Part shown: piece after piece, positions 7,953 through 12,877 of the stretch
Position numbering within the stretch: position 1 is the first letter of the stretch
How the letters are laid out: the number at the start of each line of letters is the position of its first letter
Origin: Vulcanimicrobiota bacterium
GTDB taxonomy: Bacteria; Vulcanimicrobiota; Vulcanimicrobiia; Vulcanimicrobiales; Vulcanimicrobiaceae
Direction of reading: 5' to 3'
Assembly: GCA_003135555.1 (NCBI GenBank)
Contig: PLCF01000029.1
Coordinates: forward strand, 1 to 12,877
Length of the DNA: 12,877 nt
Notes under the pieces: generated by a model
Told to the model about the DNA's origin: nothing
The model's input: the letters and a program-made list of their open reading frames with translations, nothing else
The model's database searches: none
Made by a program: the position numbers and the translations under genes

Positions 7953-8195
7953 CTACCCCGGCGCGCCGGAGCCCAGCGCGCTCAACGCTTCGTCGGCGTT
8001 CTCGAAAGCCGCGAGCTTGGCATCGATCCCGGTAATCTCGAAGACGCGGAAAACCGAGTCGACGCCCGTCGCGTCGCTGATGTCGACCAGAACCGGCAGC
8101 TCGGCCGGTACCCGCTCGAAGGCGCTCCGGAACTCCGGATACCGTCCGATGTCGAGATTGCCGTCCAACCTGATCGGATGGAAACGGAGATCCAA
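7953..8195 (-). CDS. STAS (SpoIIAA/RsbV-like) anti-anti-sigma protein, internally deleted; possibly a pseudogene
   Basis: IRLDGNLDI, VLVDISDATGVDS (Ser47) and RVFEITGID...FENADEAL are STAS hallmarks. TTG start with AGAGGG 5 nt upstream, only 80 aa, ending 4 nt before the RsbW-like gene. Confidence 0.78.
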   Translation of the reverse strand: MDLRFHPIRLDGNLDIGRYPEFRSAFERVPAELPVLVDISDATGVDSVFRVFEITGIDAKLAAFENADEALSALGSGAPG

Positions 8196-8222
8196 GCTAG
8201 CCCTCTGCGCCTTGTAAAGTTC

Positions 8223-8238
8223 GGTGCGTCACCGCACA
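8223..8238. promoter_or_regulatory. Palindrome with Crp-type GTG-N8-CAC geometry upstream of the STAS-rsbW-crp operon
   Basis: GTGCG-TCAC-CGCAC at 8224-8237; the minus strand reads TGTGC-N6-GCACC. It lies about 28 nt upstream of the STAS start. Confidence 0.3.
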
Positions 8239-8257
8239 CTGGCGCGCATCGGCGTCC

Positions 8258-8325
8258 TTCCCCAAAAGGCGGAAACTCTATCAGGCATTCCCAAAATCGG
8301 CCGCATCACGATGGCCGTTTTGGAA
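8258..8325. repeat. Three TTCC(C)(C)AAAA boxes at 30-bp intervals; the last two form an inverted repeat
   Basis: TTCCCCAAAA 8258-8267, TTCCCAAAA 8288-8296 and TTTTGGAA 8318-8325. Stem CCAAAA-T-CGGCC / GGCCG-TTTTGG at 8291-8323. Confidence 0.5.
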
Positions 8326-8525
8326 CCCGGTCGCCGGCCGGCGGGGAACCGCTTTGTCGATGTCCTGTCCCCAGCGGCGTGACGCGGCCGGCCTGGAGGG
8401 CTTGGGCTGCGGCTGCTACGCTGAGGCGAAAGACGTGGTCGAGAGCGTCTACCGGCCCCGTTTGGCCTAGCGCGCTTCACGGAAAAGACGAAGAGAACGC
8501 ACCAACGGCTAGGAGGGCCACCGGC

Positions 8526-8681
8526 TTGACGATCATGGCGGATCGCCGCGGCAGACTCGAACGGCGCAACCGGCCCGAGCGCCGGCGCGCCAAGGCGCTG
8601 CCCGCGGAGTACGACTTCTCGGCGACGAGCCTGGGGATCTCCGTGATCTGCGTCGTCGTCGTCGTGATGCTGGCGCTCTAG
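8526..8681 (+). CDS. Small (51 aa) Arg-rich protein with C-terminal transmembrane anchor
   Basis: AGGAGG at 8511-8516 lies 9 nt before an in-frame TTG 8526 (alternative ATG 8535). Product MTIMADRRGRLERRNRPERRRAKALPAEYDFSATSLGISVICVVVVVMLAL. Confidence 0.65.
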   Translation: MTIMADRRGRLERRNRPERRRAKALPAEYDFSATSLGISVICVVVVVMLAL

Positions 8682-8688
8682 CAGGCTG

Positions 8689-9285
8689 CTAGGCGGAGCG
8701 TTCGGTCAGCGAGCCTTTCGTCGACGGAACGGTCAGCTCGGCGCCGCGCACTTTGGCCTGCCCGAACGCGCGCGCAAAGGCTTTGAACGCGGCCTCGCAC
8801 AGGTGATGGTTGTTCGTCCCGGCCCAGCGCAGCAAGTGCAGGTTGAACTTTCCGTGGTCCACGATGCTGCGAAAGAAATGCGGGATGAGCTCGGTCGGCA
8901 ACGCTCCCAGCGCCGGCACCGAAAGCGGGACGTCGTAGTTCAGATACGGCCGGCCGCTCAAGTCGACCGCGCACTGCACCAGCGCGTCGTCGAGCGGGAC
9001 CGCGATCGACCCGAAACGCACGATTCCGGTCTTGTCGCCGAGGGCTTCGTCGATCGCGCGGCCCAACGCGATCCCCACGTCCTCGACGAGGTGATGGTGG
9101 TCCATTCCGTCACCGTGCGCGACGAGCGTTAGCCCTAACCCGGCGTGGGTCGCGAGCGCGCCCAGCATGTGGTCGAAGAAATCGACTTCGGTGGCGATCG
9201 AGATCGGGCCGCCGTCGAGCGCGAGCTGGAGATCGATGCGCGTTTCTTTGGTCTCGCGGCGCACGTGCGCGCTGCGCGCCGTCAC
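8689..9285 (-). CDS. hisB: Imidazoleglycerol-phosphate dehydratase
   Basis: RETKET, FFDHML, DHHHLVEDVGIALG, PLDDAL, DLSGRP, NNHHLCEAAFKA and VPSTKG. Monofunctional, 198 aa. Confidence 0.97.
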   Translation of the reverse strand: MTARSAHVRRETKETRIDLQLALDGGPISIATEVDFFDHMLGALATHAGLGLTLVAHGDGMDHHHLVEDVGIALGRAIDEALGDKTGIVRFGSIAVPLDDALVQCAVDLSGRPYLNYDVPLSVPALGALPTELIPHFFRSIVDHGKFNLHLLRWAGTNNHHLCEAAFKAFARAFGQAKVRGAELTVPSTKGSLTERSA

Positions 9286-9360
9286 GTCAGGCTGAGCCTG
9301 TCGCCATGCGGCATGTCACCCTGACGAACTGTCACGTGCGCGTGAGCTCCGTCGAAGGGT
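9285..9360. repeat. Degenerate REP-like palindromic repeat fragments (GTCACCCTGAGC..GTCGAAGGG type)
   Basis: CGTCAGGCTGAGCCTGTCG 9285-9303, TGTCACCCTGA 9314-9324 and TGAGCTCCGTCGAAGGGT 9343-9360. These resemble the reverse complement of 40-67 (TGTCAATGCTGAGCCCCGTCGAAGCATG). Confidence 0.55.
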
Positions 9361-10524
9361 CGCCTGACCGTTGGAGGCGGCGCGCTGCGCCAGCGGTTCC
9401 AAGGCGTGGATCTGCGGCCCAACGTAGGTCGCCTGCGGCCGAATGAGCCGGTTGTGCGAATACTGCTCGAGAACGTGCGCGGACCAGCCCGCGACGCGGC
9501 TGCAGGCGAACACGCAGGTGAACTCGTCCTTGGGCAGCCCGAGATCGGCGAGCAGCGGCGCGGTATAGAAGTCGACGTTGGCGTAGAGTTTGCGGTCGGG
9601 CTTGGCTTCTTGGAGCACCTTGTTCGAGGCTTGCTCGAGCGCGACGGCGAGTTCGTACCAGCGCGAATCGACTTGCTGCGCGAGCTCTTTCGCCTCGGCG
9701 TCGAGATGCTGCGCCCGCGGATCGCGGATCTTGTACTCGCGATGCCCGATCCCCATCACGCGTTTGCCGCGCGCGAGCAGGTCGCGCACGTACCCCTCGG
9801 CGCGGTCCGGCTCGACGATCGCCTCGAGCGTGTCCATGACCCCCGACGGCGCACCGCCGTGGAGCTGCCCGGTCAGGGTCGCCACGGCCGCCGTCACCGC
9901 GCAGTACAGGTCGGCGTTGGTGGAGGCCACCACGCGCGCGGCAAACGTAGACGCGTTGAACGAGTGGTCGGCGAGCAGCACGAAGTAGGTGTCGAGCGCA
10001 CGCTCCTGCTCGGGCGTCGGCTCTTCGCCGGTGCGCATGTAGAGGAAGTTCGCCGCGTGCTTGAGGTCGGGGCGCGGGGCGATCGGGTCGAGGCCGCGCC
10101 GCAGCCGGTCCCAGGCCGCGACGATAGTGCTGGTCTTGGCGACCAGCGGGAAGGCCGCGTCGACGCCCGAGGCGTGCGCGCCGGTGGGGTCGTTCGGGAG
10201 CACGTGCGAGAGCGACGAGATCGCCGTTCGCAAGACGTCCATCGGCCAGGCGTCGCGCGGGATCGCACGCAGGATCGCCAGCGTCGACTCCGGGAGGGCG
10301 CCCTGAGCGGCCAGCGAGCGGTGCAGCGCCTCGAGCTCGGCCTGGGCCGGCAGCGCGCCGTAGAACAGCAGATGGACGACCTCTTCGAAGCCGACGTTGG
10401 AGGCGAGGTCGTGGATGTCGTAGCCGCGGTAGGTGAGCCGCCCGATCTGACCCTCGACGTTGCTGAGAACGGTTTCGCCGACGACGACGCCTTCGAGCCC
10501 CGGGTTCACGACAGTGGACGGCAT
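9316..10524 (-). CDS. gltA: Citrate synthase (short Gram-positive/archaeal-like type; 2-methylcitrate synthase not excluded)
   Basis: ATG 10524 gives MPSTVVNPGLEGVV. Also GRLTYRGY, DHSFNASTF, LHGGA, MGIGHREYKIRDPR, ANVDFY, SRVAGWSAH and LIRP. Catalytic His/His/Asp are present. Confidence 0.93.
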   Translation of the reverse strand: MPSTVVNPGLEGVVVGETVLSNVEGQIGRLTYRGYDIHDLASNVGFEEVVHLLFYGALPAQAELEALHRSLAAQGALPESTLAILRAIPRDAWPMDVLRTAISSLSHVLPNDPTGAHASGVDAAFPLVAKTSTIVAAWDRLRRGLDPIAPRPDLKHAANFLYMRTGEEPTPEQERALDTYFVLLADHSFNASTFAARVVASTNADLYCAVTAAVATLTGQLHGGAPSGVMDTLEAIVEPDRAEGYVRDLLARGKRVMGIGHREYKIRDPRAQHLDAEAKELAQQVDSRWYELAVALEQASNKVLQEAKPDRKLYANVDFYTAPLLADLGLPKDEFTCVFACSRVAGWSAHVLEQYSHNRLIRPQATYVGPQIHALEPLAQRAASNGQATLRRSSRARDSSSG

Positions 10525-10663
10525 ATCGGTCCAGGATTCTCGACGCACCGCGCGTCTCCCCACGGCGCAGCTTTTCGGCGCCGTCGAGAGGGCAACGTCC
10601 GACCAAAGTCTTAACTGGACTCTCCCCAGCCGCAGCGCTCAGCTGCCGCGCCGTCGTGTTCAG

Positions 10664-10670
10664 AGGAGGT
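10664..10670 (+). promoter_or_regulatory. Shine-Dalgarno sequence of the ABC substrate-binding gene
   Basis: AGGAGGT directly upstream of ATG 10674. Confidence 0.8.
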
Positions 10671-10673
10671 CCT

Positions 10674-11942
10674 ATGAGCCGTCCCCGTCTTAATCGTGGC
10701 TCGTTCGTCAAGCTGGCGGGCGCCGGCAGCGCCGCCGCGGTCTTCGGAATCCCCGCCTACATCCCGCAGATCGGCGAAGCCGCCGACGCGATCAAGATCG
10801 GGCTCCTCGAGCCGTATACCGGCGTCTACGCCGGACCGGCCGAAAACGAGACCCGGGGCTTCGAGATGGCCGCCGACGCATGGAACAAGCGCGGCGGCAT
10901 CATGGGCCGCAAGATCGAGCTCGTGAAGGAAGACGAGCAGAATGACGTCGGCGTCGCGGCGCAAAAGGCGCGCAAACTCGTCAATCAGGACAAGGTCGCC
11001 GCACTCGTCGGCACCGTATCGAGCGGCGTCTCGCTGTCGGTCGCCGGCGTCGCAAACACGCTCGGCACGCTCTTCATGGACTCCGGGGGACACAGCGACG
11101 ACGTCACCGGGAAGAACTGCCACTGGAACGTGTTCCGCACGTGCCACAGCACGTGGATGGAGACGCACGCGACGGGCTACGCGCTGGCCAAACGGTTCGG
11201 GAAGCGATGGTTCCTGATCACGCCGGACTACGCGTACGGCCACTCGCTCGAAACCGGTTTCAAGGACGTGCTTGCGCACAACGGCGGCAGCATCGTCGGC
11301 AACGAGCTCACGCCGCTGGGTACGACCGACTTCAGCTCCTACCTCACCAAGATCGACGCGGCAAAGCCGGATCTCGTACTCGTGCTCGTCCAGGGCGACG
11401 ACTACACCAACTGTCTCAAGCAGATGAACCAATTCGGACTGCTCAAGAAGTATCCGGTCGGCGGTCCGCAGGTCGAACTGGAGCCGCTCTACGGCCTCTC
11501 ACCCGAAGCGCGCCAAGGCTACTGGGGCATCGAATGGTACTACAAGAGCGAGAAGACGCTGGGGAAGGGCAACGCGGTCGCGCACAAGTTCGTCGCCGAC
11601 ACGATCAAGCGCTACGGTAAACCCCCGACAGCGCGCAACGCGTTCGGTTACATCACGCTCGACCGCTTGGCGCAAGCGATGAACGATGCGAAGAGCCTCG
11701 ATCCCGTGAAGGTCGCGCGGGCGATCGAGAACGTGCACTTCACCTCGATCTTCGCCGGGAGCGGGTACTACCGGAAGGAAGATCATCAGCTGATGTGGCC
11801 GATGTGGGTCGCGAAGATCCGGCCCGACGGAACGCCGGGGGACAAGCTCGACCTCTTCGACGTCACCGACGTCAACGCGGCAGAAGCCGTCGAACAGACC
11901 ATCGCAGAGAAAGAAAAAGTCTGCAAGCTCGGCTACCCATAG
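10674..11942 (+). CDS. ABC transporter substrate-binding protein, Leu/Ile/Val-binding (HAAT) family; ligand unknown
   Basis: IKIGLLEPYTGVYA, NKRGGIMGRKIELVKED, LVGTVSSGV and PDYAYG..., with a Tat-like signal peptide. 422 aa. Confidence 0.92.
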   Translation: MSRPRLNRGSFVKLAGAGSAAAVFGIPAYIPQIGEAADAIKIGLLEPYTGVYAGPAENETRGFEMAADAWNKRGGIMGRKIELVKEDEQNDVGVAAQKARKLVNQDKVAALVGTVSSGVSLSVAGVANTLGTLFMDSGGHSDDVTGKNCHWNVFRTCHSTWMETHATGYALAKRFGKRWFLITPDYAYGHSLETGFKDVLAHNGGSIVGNELTPLGTTDFSSYLTKIDAAKPDLVLVLVQGDDYTNCLKQMNQFGLLKKYPVGGPQVELEPLYGLSPEARQGYWGIEWYYKSEKTLGKGNAVAHKFVADTIKRYGKPPTARNAFGYITLDRLAQAMNDAKSLDPVKVARAIENVHFTSIFAGSGYYRKEDHQLMWPMWVAKIRPDGTPGDKLDLFDVTDVNAAEAVEQTIAEKEKVCKLGYP

Positions 11943-11952
11943 AGCACGTCCA

Positions 11953-12825
11953 GTGATCGAGCACATCGGGCCCCAGCTCTTCAACGGGCTGGTGCTGGGC
12001 GCGTTCTATGCGATCGTCGCGCTCGGGCTCTCGCTCATCATGAACCTCACCGGCACCATCAACATGGCGCACGGGAGCTTCATGACGCTGGCGGGATATC
12101 TCGCCTTCACGATGGTCTCGCGTGGCACGTCGTTCTGGTTCGCGCTGATCGCCGCGCCGCTGATCGCGGTGATCGTCGGCGTCATCGTAGAGCGGACGCT
12201 GGTGCGTCCGCTCTACAAGCGCGAGCCGTTCTACAGCCTGCTCATGACGTTCGGGCTCTCGCTCATGGCGGAAGAGATCTACCGCCTGATCTGGGGCCCC
12301 AACGGGGTCCCCTTCTCGCCCCCGCACGCGCTCGACGGCGCCGCGAGCCTGGGCTTCATGGTCTTTCCGACGTTCCGTATCTTCATCGTCGTCGTGCTGA
12401 TCGTTGCCATCGTCGCGCTCGCACTCTTCCTCACCCGCACGCGCTTCGGGCTACGCCTGCGCGCAGCCGTTCAGGACAGCGAGATGATCGCGGCGCTGGG
12501 CACCAACACGCAGGTGCTCTACGCCGTCAACTTCGGCCTCGGTATCTTTCTGGCCGGAATCGCGGGGGTGCTCGCGGCGGGGATGCTCGGGCTCTCGCCG
12601 ACCAGCGGTAACAACCTGCTCATGCCGGCCTTCGTCACCGTGATCATCGGCGGGATGGGTAGCCTGTTCGGCAGCATCGTCGGCGGGCTGCTGATCGGGA
12701 TCGCGATCTCGCTCACCACGCTGTTCATCCCTGCCGCCAGCGAAGTGTCGATGTACATCCTGATGGCGGTCGTCCTCATGGTACGGCCGCGTGGGCTCTT
12801 CGGCGAGGAGGGCATCTTCGGGTGA
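11953..12825 (+). CDS. livH: Branched-chain amino acid-type ABC transporter permease (LivH family)
   Basis: QLFNGLVLGAFYAIVALGLSLI, INMAHG, TRFGLRLRA, IIGGMGSLFG and VRPRGLFG. Confidence 0.92.
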   Translation: MIEHIGPQLFNGLVLGAFYAIVALGLSLIMNLTGTINMAHGSFMTLAGYLAFTMVSRGTSFWFALIAAPLIAVIVGVIVERTLVRPLYKREPFYSLLMTFGLSLMAEEIYRLIWGPNGVPFSPPHALDGAASLGFMVFPTFRIFIVVVLIVAIVALALFLTRTRFGLRLRAAVQDSEMIAALGTNTQVLYAVNFGLGIFLAGIAGVLAAGMLGLSPTSGNNLLMPAFVTVIIGGMGSLFGSIVGGLLIGIAISLTTLFIPAASEVSMYILMAVVLMVRPRGLFGEEGIFG

Positions 12826-12877
12826 AGGCGCGCACGGAGCTGATCGCGTCGGCCGCCGTCGTCATGGTGTTCGCGGC
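12822..12877 (+). CDS. 5' end of next gene, probably second permease (LivM family); truncated by window end
   Basis: GTG overlaps the livH stop (GTGA), with GAGGAGG at 12805-12811. Reads MKARTELIASAAVVMVFA. Identity is inferred from liv operon order. Confidence 0.65.
   Translation, partial: MKARTELIASAAVVMVFA

Noticed and set aside
8178..8525. 167-aa version of the small membrane protein ORF
   Set aside because: It overlaps the STAS start, spans the regulatory region and does not look protein-like. The strong RBS at 8511 supports the short form.
9332..11984. Long alternative-frame and antisense ORFs (9332..10711, 9406..10614, 10611..11432, 11499..11984) and similar ones elsewhere
   Set aside because: Shadows of well-supported genes caused by stop-codon scarcity at high GC, with no recognisable motifs.

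Overview
A very GC-rich bacterial chromosomal window; the protein styles suggest a soil Terrabacteria lineage such as Ca. Eremiobacterota, which is inference only. The + strand opens with an SRPBCC-like gene, a membrane-protein gene, alanine racemase (alr), a secreted copper-amine-oxidase-N-domain/Ig-like protein and a Crp/Fnr regulator. A mostly minus-strand block follows, read right to left as citrate synthase, hisB, STAS anti-anti-sigma, RsbW-like anti-sigma/kinase, a second Crp/Fnr, hisH and hisA. Two + strand genes interrupt this block: a 51-aa Arg-rich tail-anchored protein and a secreted sorbosone/glucose dehydrogenase-family propeller. The window ends with a divergent Liv-type ABC transporter. 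No CRISPR array, rRNA, tRNA or transposase was seen. The best candidate for an undescribed system is the ~3 kb signalling cassette that splits hisB from hisH. It holds a STAS protein with an internal ~28-residue deletion, an RsbW-like kinase, a CECY-type Crp with an altered recognition helix and a [DE]RR-repeat microprotein. Degenerate REP-like palindromes occur at the window start and supply the citrate synthase C-terminus. Some oddities may be sequencing errors.
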